IMG/VR virus record: IMGVR_UViG_3300020451_000152
Span: 1 to 64,000 of that record
Origin: a virus
Length of the DNA: 64,000 bases
Direction: 5' to 3' (one strand)
Part shown: positions 40,001-47,357 of the stretch, piece after piece
Layout: every line of letters starts with the position of its first letter
Position numbering within the stretch: the stretch's first letter is position 1
Made by a program: the position numbers and the translations under genes
Notes under the pieces: model-generated
Database searches by the model: none
Told to the model about the DNA's origin: nothing
Seen by the model: only the letters and a program-made list of their open reading frames with translations

Positions 40001-42765
40001 GCTTTAGATCTGTATATTTGGAATATGGTAGAACTAGTGATACCAATATAATATGACTGATTTTCTACTAAACAAGTATCAATTCCAACATTAGCAGTAG
40101 TTGCTAAACCAACAGGATTATTATTATTTGGATTGTAGATTACTCTATCGCCAGTTTGATAAAAATGATTTTTGTTTAGAATAAATCTATTATCTACAGG
40201 ATCAATCGTACCACCATCATAGAAGGACTTTGCATTGAATTCAAATGTTCTATAATTTAATTCAGTGACTGCTTGTGCTTTAGCACCTTTACCATTACCA
40301 CCATGAATATCAACTGAGACTACTTTCTTAATTTCAAACTCTACTGGATCGATTTGAATACCAGTTATTGTACCAGCAATAGAAACTCTAGCAAAAGCAG
40401 TATTGACTCCAGTAGTATTATCCTCGATAGTTAGTAAGGGAGGATTTAATACATCATAGTTAGTACCTGAGTTAACTACATCTAATGCTTTTAGAGGTCC
40501 AAAAAAGATTGATTTGTCTGATTTATAATTACGAATCTCAACACCATTTATCAACATTCCAGTATTACCTGAAAGTGTCCTATCTGATGTTGTTCTTTGT
40601 TCTCTACCTACAGTAAGATCTTGCTCTAGAATATATTTCTTAAGTTTTCTACCTGGAAATATAGATCTTCTTGCTTGTTCTACTGAAACAAAATCATGTG
40701 TACCACTAGTTTTAGGAGCAACAAATTCTTGAGCAATACCCGATGGAATAAATGATCTAGATTGATATAACTTAATTTGGTTAGAAGGACTTAATACTTC
40801 AACAAAATAAGAGTTTCTATCTAATCCAGCAATAGGATCAGATCCAGATGAAGGGATATATACAATTTCATCACCAGTTCTAAATGGTACAGGATTAGTA
40901 AATGATATGATTGTAAATTTATCAGTTAATGTGTTATACCCTTGGAAGTTGCCACCAGATACTGTAGGATCTATTAATATAGAGTGAATTTTATCACTAT
41001 CAATTTGATATGAAGGTAAAGAGTTTGCAGCAACATACGCTTCTGCCTTTGTACTCTCGGTTTTGTTCTTATCTACAATATATGTGTTACCAATATCAGT
41101 TAAGATTTGATTTTGACCACCAATGATGGGAACTATACTACTAGTTGCTTTACTTTGTACTCTTCTAACATCATAAGATAATCCTTCTACTGTAGTGAAG
41201 GTTCCAGAGACATTTATAGAATTATTTGGAATATTTACATAAGATACGGTTAAATTGGATGCTTGAACAGTTTCTGTATTTCTAACAAGCAATTCAATCG
41301 AATCGCCAATCTTTAAACTAGAATCATAGATGATACCAGTCAAAGTAAATGTAGATCCAGTTAAATCTGATATTTCATACCTAGCACTAGTGTTATAAAT
41401 CCAAGAATTGAAGAATACCTGCTCATAAGTTTTTGTTAGTCTAGGATTAGTGATAAAGCGTCCTAAATTTTTAACTTTGATTCTAGATTCAGGATTTAGA
41501 CCAAATAAATCTTGATTGCTGTCAAATTCTCTTAAAACAGCAGTAATTCTCATGTTGACCCTTTTAGTTAGGTCGTTATCTTCAAAACCATAAACTACAG
41601 TTGGAGTAAAGACATTTGTAGTCGAAGGAATGTCAATACTAGTGGTTGTAACACCAATAAACTGGTTTACAGTCTTCTCAGAGTAATCTAATTTTTGATA
41701 ATGACTATCTGATACTTGACCAACTTCAAAACTACCAGTTTGACCAAAACCAATTGTGGAATCAACTGTTAATACAGTTGCACCTAGTCCAACTTGACCA
41801 ATAACCTGAGTTCTACCTGGAACAATGAATGTTCCTTGAATTAAAGCTCTCTCATCATAACCAATGAACACAGAAAGACGATAATAGTTGTCTCTAATCT
41901 GTACAACCTCTGAAATAGGTCCACTGGCAGCATTTATGTTAGGATTATTGATTTCATTGTCTTGAAATAGAGTTTGACCAATTAATTTCTCTGGATCACC
42001 TGATACCAACTCAACAGCAAAAGATTCCCTTCTTAGATAGTTTGCATAGGAGGGTTTTATGAGGTATTTTTCAAGATCATTGATTTTTGGTTCAATACCA
42101 AATAATGCTTTGAATAAAATCTTGAAAGATTCGTCTGTACCCTTAGATTCGTATAAACTTCTTGCTTCTTTGACAAAATTAACAACATCTAACTCAGGAC
42201 TTAATGGTACACCTTCTAAACCAGGTGTATACATCGATTTCAAGTTAGTGTATATCTCTGTTAGAAATAATGCACTTAAATTTTGTACCTTAGAGGACTC
42301 TGTATGCTCTCCAGCGACTGATTGAGACCATTCAAGATTACTAGGATCATTTATCTTGCGGTATGTAGTAATACCACTAAAACCCCTAACACAACCAGTG
42401 AAGGAGTTTGTAGTAAGACCACTATATGTAATAATCTCGTCATCAACCTTCAGTAGACCCCATTGATTAGGAAATCCTTTGGTACTAAATGTTCCAATAC
42501 CTATTTCAGTCTCTGTTGCACTAATACTAGATGCTAAGGCAACTTCTCCATGTATAACATCTCTAGTTAAGTTGTCAATACGAATATATTTGTCAATATT
42601 CTCTGCTATATCTACAACACCACCCTGAAACTCTTGAGATATGTAATATTGCTCAAGAAAATCTTCTAACAGAGGATTTTCTGTTAATGCAAATTCTGGA
42701 ACTGTATCCGCAACTACCTGATGAGTCTTGACTCTCGAAGATAGGGGACTATAGGTTTCTATCAT
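28069..42765 (-). CDS. gp7: Baseplate wedge initiator, giant (4898 aa)
   Basis: FLEQYYISQE, LYESKGT..SFKILF, HSPIIGWAYDG.PIYGPYG, DNDYYQNMSYAI..VHPTG; lies between gp6 and gp8. Confidence 0.9.
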   Translation of the reverse strand: MIETYSPLSSRVKTHQVVADTVPEFALTENPLLEDFLEQYYISQEFQGGVVDIAENIDKYIRIDNLTRDVIHGEVALASSISATETEIGIGTFSTKGFPNQWGLLKVDDEIITYSGLTTNSFTGCVRGFSGITTYRKINDPSNLEWSQSVAGEHTESSKVQNLSALFLTEIYTNLKSMYTPGLEGVPLSPELDVVNFVKEARSLYESKGTDESFKILFKALFGIEPKINDLEKYLIKPSYANYLRRESFAVELVSGDPEKLIGQTLFQDNEINNPNINAASGPISEVVQIRDNYYRLSVFIGYDERALIQGTFIVPGRTQVIGQVGLGATVLTVDSTIGFGQTGSFEVGQVSDSHYQKLDYSEKTVNQFIGVTTTSIDIPSTTNVFTPTVVYGFEDNDLTKRVNMRITAVLREFDSNQDLFGLNPESRIKVKNLGRFITNPRLTKTYEQVFFNSWIYNTSARYEISDLTGSTFTLTGIIYDSSLKIGDSIELLVRNTETVQASNLTVSYVNIPNNSINVSGTFTTVEGLSYDVRRVQSKATSSIVPIIGGQNQILTDIGNTYIVDKNKTESTKAEAYVAANSLPSYQIDSDKIHSILIDPTVSGGNFQGYNTLTDKFTIISFTNPVPFRTGDEIVYIPSSGSDPIAGLDRNSYFVEVLSPSNQIKLYQSRSFIPSGIAQEFVAPKTSGTHDFVSVEQARRSIFPGRKLKKYILEQDLTVGREQRTTSDRTLSGNTGMLINGVEIRNYKSDKSIFFGPLKALDVVNSGTNYDVLNPPLLTIEDNTTGVNTAFARVSIAGTITGIQIDPVEFEIKKVVSVDIHGGNGKGAKAQAVTELNYRTFEFNAKSFYDGGTIDPVDNRFILNKNHFYQTGDRVIYNPNNNNPVGLATTANVGIDTCLVENQSYYIGITSSTIFQIYRSKADSVAGVNTVGFNTDAVNLNSGIHAFRDFETKRRISRVTVLDGGEGYANRKISVLPAGISTARDFIQFDNHGFKDGEVVHYGISSTGGTVISGLSTTAQYQVLTIDTDKFRLCESGVATARVPNTTNYSNKEYIRFGDSGSDYQDFFYPPVTVDLNVITNLDSQLTLNVTPIVRGTITDTIMYDRGLNYGSDIINFEKAPSVSIRSGRFGQIGLTIINGRILDAFVQSGGIDYDGPPDISVVGAGTAFGAELRAVMDGDSIGSVIVISSGIGYTAGGTTVSVKSPGDAATFSTRVRRLSTNQYATSGTTNGEYLGPVEDGLAVESIGYGKTIRESFNDNGGGHSPIIGWAYDGIPIYGPYGFDDIDDIQSSSRKLLTSYKLDSTRVYNRPSTADWPAGSFIEDYYYDTSGDLDEHNGRFAKTPDFPNGIYAYYASVDVNNDPQYPYYIGDTFRGSPIRINTVAGEKIKQTTFDFENSKLVRNTFPYKMFGEGAGYDFVYQPYNFVSQVARPDKLQTGPITGVRIASVGTGYSVGSNVIFDNSDTGGTGASAYIERLSGKTINKITTEFLNYENTVFKWRADRVTGYIQPSHDLKLKDDIVIAGLSTAVDKLNGSHIINQIEFSTKLLDDGFVGVVTDIRVQSIPASISIGSTIGFGTTAGIGSETAKVLNVYHDDGVLRIRRSVGVATTGQLGIGVSFVPDQYEVLVRTDYFESDPDEKVFFNPSEAVGFGTTVGQTITKAYQYLGVTADRSILTQSIFLENHGFKTNDTLEFSIPSGGTNISVATSAIYAGTFTLPSTVYAVRKTDDTIGLKTTKSSNELHFISGGSDAYDYLLEKQYTQVTGKTQRITGTIQTSESHELEDDDRIDLIVKPGLTTGIGTTSSVALKILDDYLIVNPLNVAASGINTSTNRITSINHGLITGDRVYYYGSNLPGGVEQREYYVIKIDDDTLQIADTLKQAIAKKPEVIDFTSTGSGGWSINPINPQIRPFKNNTLNFDLSHPSMSGYDLKFFYDTNFFNEFVGSGTSLGFEVVGVTTLATVGIASTAIDSDGHPTVKLNYSDNIKTLYYNVFGPSGLSTADRTVINGSEIKYVDSNYNGTHSVISIGNTEFTFNLKSSPESLQYKNSDCEILEYDTQSSNATGGISTVNLVSGGFGYSKLPGISSISGNGINATLIPESTIINRLEEMRVPEDVYGYPSDNTLKPDAFIPRIIDIDNFATIGQVNVLFGGKFYVNAPSLALYDKATGEILDNGLITCELSDSAVVSAKVSVSPVGLSNNDFGIAPIRNSNGISIMSVQTDVGVLTCKISTPVLGYDEEPFAIGDAVLVEGITFDAGSGDGYNSGDYKFAPFTVTDYNDAVNPRQVTFDLNGISTNPGTGATVSFGFGQLVKNDFVARFEAIKIDSTFITNEPFKKNNKADADIQLDFIDGNSARIVVSGAEPIEVTDVLSGKLSGSEARVVQITEFDGSFNLSSSVKTLVGWRDNIGIINDTNQVLPDNDYYQNMSYAIESPKTYEDLINYVNDIVHPTGLKNFANTEIVTEGTPGDFIQPAEDAGGLVLDFIGDPMRLDSIYPYDLARDFLSVGNISKFVELRNTRLSDFILNKTNRVLNLDDISSQFVSNESNDLSDFRVVAQYPAGRYFQRFLTQTVFKAEDPRKNHYQINEFISITLDQDTFLMQKAELKNFDQVGLGTGYAEFDTRYDAGVSKTRLIFRPNEPFDTDYEVKSLQTNFADSVGVGTTAFGHIRLDGGLVQAGAASTLGVSSTTNIIGVTTTSMKAALVQFLAIDNPGAGSSATKQVDYLEYAVMHDGTDTYLTELGAFNTKQNLSGLSAPEFIGTFSSEIDSGVLKLNFENGRQRNVNVKFKTIAIDPSAVGVNTNYRFKIPFTPDGTERTGRLEVTSQAKAGISTIVGIASIRDLSVKSTVHVAIGETQSIHQIYLLSDPEKSQSFISEYAVAAIGSTTGVGTFGSTYRTDGHLNLEFHPSVSGIVSITAYNEILYKEKDPNGTLDGVGELNYGQVYESVSQNTYLGINNRDIKSFDLTYKGVPVYARETNISDPSQINYGFGRFEQEHFFMNFEQLSYKADSNLIGIAGTGLVYYTGVGTARLPETVYCIKDNNRQFRLALSESDARAGFAVTFVPDSGAGNQHRISMRKRDSKSMLSLSGLVQKPISYTSISYELDVPVAGFVTAFVLSGISSITSGDLLKIEDEYSIVKTVGFGTTTIGPAVGIGTWTLVEVERGAVGTAATPHAAGETVRLFRGSFQILDSQVHFTQAPLGGDTGILNPNNLPFARATFGGRTFLRNDYSKNQLFDDLSESFDGLETTYPLTSIGAAVTGIGTTGGNGVLFINNIFQAPFSENNVNANFKIIENAGIASVQFTGISSFGFTDPIIDIGDINENQLPRGGIIISVASTPGRGYAPFVGAKVRPVINSAGNIIDIVGVPTSGHKIGISTATYNNINGIIEISTDCDHGFLIGDPVKLEGLEFACTGYGNTLGITSFVYDHISGIATIITDAAHGFTDPSQVAITTDGLTFTCEMDGQYTNHTYPRAGDPADNKFLEVRNVTTDTFDVFVGITTNVGFTPTNAIYDANAGIMTMTIPNHNIVAGTSIKIKDNSLFFKCDMDGNSQTKSYPRITDPVFDTAISVASTTATGIAITVGTSPIVNYSITTATYTPTTGFLDLNIGQHGLATGTNIKLKEGGLIFRCNTDSYISTHTYPRNIIDTQTVNGATYDANAGIMTVTVVPGGRLLGDGDWIKFDNDSISFKCDMDGGTSTKTYPRASDPVSGKWLPITGITTTSFSVDVGKSTAEPFSISSAIYDPTAGIVTATIGDHNFMTGVSIRLSPESFAFRCGLDTYQSLHYYPRSTDTVGYNTAVSIASTTADSISFQVLASQPSTNISTHHFVPNTGLTAETGTQYDGTVGIMTVTSANHNLSNGDWVRFETGSVTFTCAKDNYCTTHAYPRETDPYSGKWTQVSHVTTNTFRVNIGVSPDKSDHIFSSGIASGITRSQIVGGGPYTHTFQAAGVGSMDQKRDQAFDAPIGIHSVGSTSHTATNAVYDPNVGIMTVTVAGHGFMNSDRVKFDTGAISLKCSRDGYRIAHAYPRVSDPVHAKWVSIASTTVDTFAVDVGKSGPNDQYEHIFSSATTGGIKKQTGYVTLQVGVSTDTSEHRYDIMAGHEASNAVITGGGYAHSFQSALTGAVVRGGNYAHTFVSAASSTIYIDSWSGAALTPTNAVYNPTSGVLQITAENHGLVNPSNFKLSGIGVTCVYGAKTYPSGVQGYFYTVRNVTNSTKFTTSVGISTVAHQYVSGGEVRIGITTNIFPDYDEELDITGIVSTKTFRVNAGVSTIPHYYVTGGTAAPWYNLTFGSGYNQLMGELEVCTHDYGGIGTDASITATIGIGGTLIYHIGSGGTNYSDTASLDVGDPNGSDLSIIGKYREGIGSTTLTGVGASITVDIIGVSTTYVGMSTSPEFSLNQVYIWKMTKFGYGFKKGDKFELAGLSTDPKAGDLFEPFEIEVIDIFNDDISAWQFGNIDYIDNIKPFQDGDRLRYPLYYQDQLVSFEIDNNDPDSREIDLAPVLMIFVNGILQEPNVHYTFNGGTSVSFETAPTVEDDVFIFFYRGTVGNDSVLFDVNEVIKIGDSLELFKSEELELNRVAVDASNFAQQEERIAVNITSASVLETPFYQGSGVNPDNFKPFRWNKQKEDKIFGGALVSKARDTLEAQIVPTANVLSGYAATATELFVDHVERFRDLDGQLTGDFGLYVFGVGIGTTATAGVNWEVWNDIDPLNTDVQGYTGVVTGITTSAGIGTDLGLVFQLDMNALVNSQNAAYVQQFQEGYPFKLFASGINPAAGVITSVDSHDSDSIGISTFELDNIYYAHGLHWDGSARTGVITCNIHSGTDVTGLVGVGSTAFPAARFTWGRFSSATRNVGYPLALTVKGLDYNPDLDNYPVVKRTNTGLRNTGALGKTL

Positions 42766-42768
42766 TCT

Positions 42769-44691
42769 TTATTTTCGCCTAGTGATGGTTCCGTTAGAGT
42801 AACTAGAGGTTACCTTGTATCCAATTCCAGATATTTGTTGTCCAGAAGAAATGGTGTCTCTCACGATATTTATCTTAGTATTTGACATGTCTAATTGAAG
42901 GTATAAATCCTTCAATCCAATAATATCATTAGATTCTGGATAAACTTGTATTTCAATCAATCCAGATGCAAGAGAAGACTCCGTAATCTTGATTGTATTG
43001 ATAATAATTTCACCTTTTACATAATCTACAGTACCAGCATTAGGAACAACAACCGTTGTTAGAGATTGTTCGATATCTGATAGTTGAACTACCGCAAGAT
43101 TACCAGTTTTTAGGTCTTCATTAGGAATATCAGAGAAATAAAGTGTTTCGTTATTACCTTCAACCTTAAATCCTGTACTTTTTATGTTTTTACCCCTAGG
43201 ATCAACATGAAATTCATTTCCAAAGCATAATTCATACTGAGCATAGGCATTTAGTATTGGTTTTAGATCTCTCCTAATCGTTAATTTAGTAATATTAGAT
43301 GTAATCGCAGAATTTGCATTATCAATGATAGATTGTGCTTCAGAATATTTAAATCTACCACCAAATGCGTTCAAATTAGTGTCAGTTCCATATGAAGTGA
43401 TAGCATTGATAACTTGTGCCTTCAATCCTTCAGTATCACTGTAAACATTTGGATTATAATATGCATTGACATTCAATTCAACATAAAGAATCTTAAGATC
43501 AACAATTCTTTGGTTTATTCCAGCAATTGCATAACTTTTTAGTCGTTCTAATATCAAAGACTTACTAAAGTCAGACAAATATGTAGCATTTCGAGGTTTG
43601 ATGCTCAATACTACGGTTCCAAATTCAGGTGGATCCAATTCTTCACCACCAATAACAGAAACAGACTCTGCATCAGGGAATATGCTCTGTATAATTGCTT
43701 CATAATCCTTTGTTGTAACCGCCCTGTACTGCGATGAATAGATTCTAGGTGCAATGTACTTAATAGACTCTACATCTTCGATCTCACCGCCTCCTTTAGC
43801 GGATTGAACAGTAGATACTACAACAGTTGTAGAAGAATCTATAGAATTACCAGCATCATCTACAGCATTACCACTATAGGCAAAGAATTTTCCGTCATTA
43901 CCTTCTTTTCCATCAGTGATAATATAGGTTACTTCAATAACATCACCACTATCGAGTTTTTTACCAAATAAACCATCACCAAACATCAATTCATATTGCT
44001 CATCCTTAACTTCTTGGATTAGGAATATGTTAGACTTCTCGTTAATGCCTGTAATGTTGTCTAAAAGTGAATATTCTAGTCCAGCACTCGCTCCTGCCTT
44101 AGTAACAAAGACTCTAATACTATCTGTATCAACAAATGAGTTCTGTAAGATAAATCTTTGATCTCTTGTTCCATCTACATTGAAAGTTTTCTTTAATAAT
44201 GTTCCCTGAAAGACATTTAGATTATTAAATGTAGCAGTTCTAGGAGGATTTATCGTAGTAGTGCTATTAGAATCAATAGGAGCAGGTACTGATACATCAT
44301 CTGGGATAGAAAATGTAAAAGATGTATTATCCTGAGCACCAACACACACCAAACCCTTCTTCAAAGTGACAGTATTACTATTTCCGTTAAATTTAAAATC
44401 AAAATTTATGATTGCCTTAGACGATTTGCGTGATCTAGGGACATATCCTATGTTTCTTGCTAATGAAACAACATTTTCTCTCAGTGTTGCTGAATCCAAG
44501 AAGGATTCATTGACCACCATGTTGCTATTGAACGCTGTAATATAAGTATTATACGCTAAAATGTCGATCAATACCGACATGTTTGACCCTTCATAGTCAA
44601 AATCAGTAAAATTTGAATTCGCACGAAGATAATCTCTTATTTGAGACTTAATTTGATCAAAATCTAAGTTTGTAAACTTCGTTACTGCCAT
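42769..44691 (-). CDS. gp6: Baseplate wedge subunit
   Basis: LDFDQIK...DYEGSNMSVLIDILAYNT, FLDSATLRENVVSLARNIGY.PRS, QYRAVT..DY. Confidence 0.96.
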   Translation of the reverse strand: MAVTKFTNLDFDQIKSQIRDYLRANSNFTDFDYEGSNMSVLIDILAYNTYITAFNSNMVVNESFLDSATLRENVVSLARNIGYVPRSRKSSKAIINFDFKFNGNSNTVTLKKGLVCVGAQDNTSFTFSIPDDVSVPAPIDSNSTTTINPPRTATFNNLNVFQGTLLKKTFNVDGTRDQRFILQNSFVDTDSIRVFVTKAGASAGLEYSLLDNITGINEKSNIFLIQEVKDEQYELMFGDGLFGKKLDSGDVIEVTYIITDGKEGNDGKFFAYSGNAVDDAGNSIDSSTTVVVSTVQSAKGGGEIEDVESIKYIAPRIYSSQYRAVTTKDYEAIIQSIFPDAESVSVIGGEELDPPEFGTVVLSIKPRNATYLSDFSKSLILERLKSYAIAGINQRIVDLKILYVELNVNAYYNPNVYSDTEGLKAQVINAITSYGTDTNLNAFGGRFKYSEAQSIIDNANSAITSNITKLTIRRDLKPILNAYAQYELCFGNEFHVDPRGKNIKSTGFKVEGNNETLYFSDIPNEDLKTGNLAVVQLSDIEQSLTTVVVPNAGTVDYVKGEIIINTIKITESSLASGLIEIQVYPESNDIIGLKDLYLQLDMSNTKINIVRDTISSGQQISGIGYKVTSSYSNGTITRRK

Positions 44692-44695
44692 GTTT

Positions 44696-45091
44696 TTACC
44701 TGGTTGCTTCTAATAAGAAGGAAAATTCTGTTATTGGTATCTCTTCACCTACAATATCAAAGGCAATTTTGATCTCAAATGCATTTTCATCGGGTCTGGG
44801 AACCGCTTGCACCTTAGTATTAGTCACTCTAGGTTCAAAAACCTTTAAAATATCAATAATTTGAGTTGCAATTATACTACCAGTTGCAACATCAACAAAA
44901 CCAAATAGACTATTAGTGACATCTGACCCCAAATCGGAATAAAATCTTTCTTTTAGACCAGTCTGAACCAAATTACGCACACTACGAACAATCGCTCTCT
45001 CATTTTTTAGTACATTTAGGTCTCCTGTAACAGGATTTGGTACAAATGAAAGATCTATATCCTTATATGAGCGAGATTTTAAGGTCGTCAC
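44696..45091 (-). CDS. gp25: Baseplate wedge subunit
   Basis: YKDIDLSF..NPVTGD, SVRNLV.T...ER, FEPRV. Confidence 0.93.
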   Translation of the reverse strand: MTTLKSRSYKDIDLSFVPNPVTGDLNVLKNERAIVRSVRNLVQTGLKERFYSDLGSDVTNSLFGFVDVATGSIIATQIIDILKVFEPRVTNTKVQAVPRPDENAFEIKIAFDIVGEEIPITEFSFLLEATR

Positions 45092-45116
45092 CAGTATTAA
45101 TAACAGGTATCAGGTT

Positions 45117-45124
45117 TATTTATA
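45117..45124 (-). promoter_or_regulatory. T4-type late promoter TATAAATA
   Basis: Exact consensus upstream of gp25. Confidence 0.8.
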
Positions 45125-45134
45125 CGCTATTTTC

Positions 45135-45518
45135 TCAATTCCATCTAGTGACAGTTAATTCAATGCTATTATCATCCATCTCCCACTCCTCTACTACCTG
45201 CCATCCTTCTTCCTTCATAGTATTATGTACAGTCATTCTGGCATATTGTTGAGTTACCTTCTCAATAAATCTTTTTGGTGGTACAGGACTTTTCCAAGTC
45301 TGTATATCTGCTACTAATTCATACTCTGTACCATTCCAACGGAATCCAATATCATTACCTATTGCTAGATCAACCTTTACCTTTTCATGTTGATGATCTA
45401 TAGGGTTAATTAATAGTTGATCCTCCTGTACATCGTACTGAAGGATCTCTAGTGCTTCGATTAAAGCAGGTTTATTTGTTATCTTAGTCTTTATCTTACT
45501 GAAATGCGACATTAGCAA
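45135..45518 (-). CDS. DUF1257 / Ycf35-family protein
   Basis: MSHFSKIKTKI...DIGFRWNG..YELVAD...VTQQYA. Confidence 0.85.
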   Translation of the reverse strand: MLMSHFSKIKTKITNKPALIEALEILQYDVQEDQLLINPIDHQHEKVKVDLAIGNDIGFRWNGTEYELVADIQTWKSPVPPKRFIEKVTQQYARMTVHNTMKEEGWQVVEEWEMDDNSIELTVTRWN

Positions 45519-45718
45519 CCTTCTGAGTCGTGTACAAATTCTTCAACTGTTTCAGTCTCGTAAAAGGCAGGAGTAAAATCCCTAAACAATACATTACCAA
45601 GTTCATCTTCTACACCTTTAGTTATTTCTAAACATTGACTACCAGTTACACCAGATGTCTCTACTGAGACTACACCATCTTGACGAATGGAATACTTGAC
45701 TGTTTGTTGTTTTGACAT
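45512..45718 (-). CDS. DUF2997-family protein
   Basis: IRQDG.V..E..GV.G..C...T..VE..LG.V.....T..FY; usual neighbour of DUF1257. Confidence 0.85.
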   Translation of the reverse strand: MSKQQTVKYSIRQDGVVSVETSGVTGSQCLEITKGVEDELGNVLFRDFTPAFYETETVEEFVHDSEGC

Positions 45719-45747
45719 AACTAAAAAAGTGGATGTGTGTTATTTAG

Positions 45748-45909
45748 TCACCAAGTTTTAGAGTGAGTGTTTACATCACCTTCAACATGGTTATGATCTA
45801 TCTCATCTATGTGAGCGTGTTCTATATTGAAATGCTCTAAAGCATTTGCAATTCGTTCGAGTGCATCAGCAATGCGAACTATTTCAAGTGTTTGATAATC
45901 TCCACTCAT
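45748..45909 (-). CDS. Small His-rich protein (53 aa)
   Basis: Manual ORF MSGDYQTLEIVRIADALERIANALEHFNIEHAHIDEIDHNHVEGDVNTHSKTW, ATGA overlap. Confidence 0.6.
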   Translation of the reverse strand: MSGDYQTLEIVRIADALERIANALEHFNIEHAHIDEIDHNHVEGDVNTHSKTW

Positions 45910-46115
45910 GAATTTGCTTCCTTCAATGCTTCAACTATAATTCTTTTAAGTTGATTTGCTTTTTTCTTACCAAGTCCTGCTCTTGTGTCTATCTTTACTT
46001 TGACCCAATAGAGTCCTATAAGAACAAGTACAAAAGGAATAGAATCTTCCCATGAGATTTCATTCCATGCTTCCACGACATTCAACATTGCCATGTATTC
46101 ACCTGGTCCAATCAT
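45906..46115 (-). CDS. Small membrane protein
   Basis: One hydrophobic helix followed by a basic tail. Confidence 0.65.
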   Translation of the reverse strand: MIGPGEYMAMLNVVEAWNEISWEDSIPFVLVLIGLYWVKVKIDTRAGLGKKKANQLKRIIVEALKEANS

Positions 46116-46255
46116 TTTCCTTGTCCTCTATAAGGTTTACGAGCCGAGTTTCGGGCGGTAGGGGAATTTTTTGTATTCTTAGAATTACCCTGTCTGGTCT
46201 TCTTTTGATGAGTTTGAATATGAGTCCCTGTTGGACTCGTGTACATTGTTGCCAT
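46112..46255 (-). CDS. Small basic protein (47 aa)
   Basis: Manual ORF ending KKTRQG...RKPYRGQGK, a motif recurrent in marine T4-like phages. Confidence 0.7.
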   Translation of the reverse strand: MATMYTSPTGTHIQTHQKKTRQGNSKNTKNSPTARNSARKPYRGQGK

Positions 46256-46409
46256 AAGTTTCGTGTGAAATAGAATCTGGGTGTGGATACCCTACCTCAT
46301 AATAACATTGAGATAGTTCCACCATTTTATCCATAAAATCCTCTTCAGAGAGATCTGTGTAGACCTCTCCGTCCTTGATAGTAATCTTATATAACTCGTT
46401 GCTTTTCAT
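46185..46409 (-). CDS. Hypothetical protein
   Basis: ORF track 46185..46433; likelier start MKSNELY at 46409. Confidence 0.55.
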   Translation of the reverse strand: MKSNELYKITIKDGEVYTDLSEEDFMDKMVELSQCYYEVGYPHPDSISHETYGNNVHESNRDSYSNSSKEDQTG

Positions 46410-47142
46410 GTCCCACTCTAATACGAGGGTCACACCAGATCTCGAATCCTGCTTCTAGAGCATCGAGACAGAATGATACATCTTCTCCACACATATCTTG
46501 TACCTCTCCAGACTCAAAGACTTGCATCTTAGGTGCGAACCAAGGATACTTCATCTCTTCATGTTCCCATACACCATTCTTGATGAGTACCCAACCAAAT
46601 CCTGTATAGTCTACAGTAAAAGGTTTGCGTCTCTTAGACATAGTTTCTCCAGTCTCATGATTCATAACTCCACCGTTGTTACGGAAGTTATCCTCATCCA
46701 ACCAGTGTGCTACAGAGGTAGTCTGACCATCTTCGGTCATATACCATCCTGCTGCGATATCCTGATCCATGAGAACGAGTTGAAGGAACTTCTCAGTGTT
46801 AAAGACAATATCACTATCGATCCATAACTGGTAGTCGTACTTAAGTTTACCATCCCAAGGAATCTGGTCTGGTCCTCTTAGTACATTTGCTCCAAGACAC
46901 TTACAACGAGCAAAGTTAACCATGCTGCTATAGTCTTGGGATATCTGAATACTAACTCCATGCTGAACTAAGTCAAAGCAGAGTTGTACAAAATTCTTTA
47001 AGAATACATATGAACACCCACGACCAGGCATGCAGAATACTAGGTTTTTACCCTTTAGCTTCTCCCATGCCAGATCATAGTCCCATTCTTGTTGTTGTTT
47101 CTTAGGCGGGTTTTTCGCCTTAACAGTAAATCCTTTAGCCAT
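46387..47142 (-). CDS. GT-A fold glycosyltransferase-like protein
   Basis: LWIDSDIVF (DxD), TGFGWVLIK, GEDVSFC, RVGH. Confidence 0.8.
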   Translation of the reverse strand: MAKGFTVKAKNPPKKQQQEWDYDLAWEKLKGKNLVFCMPGRGCSYVFLKNFVQLCFDLVQHGVSIQISQDYSSMVNFARCKCLGANVLRGPDQIPWDGKLKYDYQLWIDSDIVFNTEKFLQLVLMDQDIAAGWYMTEDGQTTSVAHWLDEDNFRNNGGVMNHETGETMSKRRKPFTVDYTGFGWVLIKNGVWEHEEMKYPWFAPKMQVFESGEVQDMCGEDVSFCLDALEAGFEIWCDPRIRVGHEKQRVI

Positions 47143-47164
47143 AATGTTTTACTAGGACATCATT

Positions 47165-47193
47165 ATTATAACAGATTATATATGCCTAGTCAA
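47165..47193 (-). promoter_or_regulatory. Sigma70-type promoter TTGACT-N17-TATAAT
   Basis: Near-consensus hexamers with 17-nt spacer upstream of the glycosyltransferase-like gene. Confidence 0.75.
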
Positions 47194-47357
47194 TATGACG
47201 CTTCATCGTAGTCATCTTCGGTTAACTTCACAATAGTAAGTTCATCATATTTGTTAACTCGCTCTTTAAGTTTTTGTATTAACTGATCTTCATCTAGATT
47301 AATTAGATCACTAACTGGAGTGCTATCCTTATCGTAGACATGGAATGAAGTATTCAT
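47190..47357 (-). CDS. Small acidic hypothetical protein (55 aa)
   Basis: Manual ORF MNTSFHVYDKD...DDYDEASY. Confidence 0.6.
   Translation of the reverse strand: MNTSFHVYDKDSTPVSDLINLDEDQLIQKLKERVNKYDELTIVKLTEDDYDEASY

Noticed and set aside
10973-42765. Diversity-generating retroelement, intein or intron in the giant structural genes
   Set aside because: No reverse transcriptase, no adenine-specific repeat pair, no splice-junction motifs; reading frames are uninterrupted
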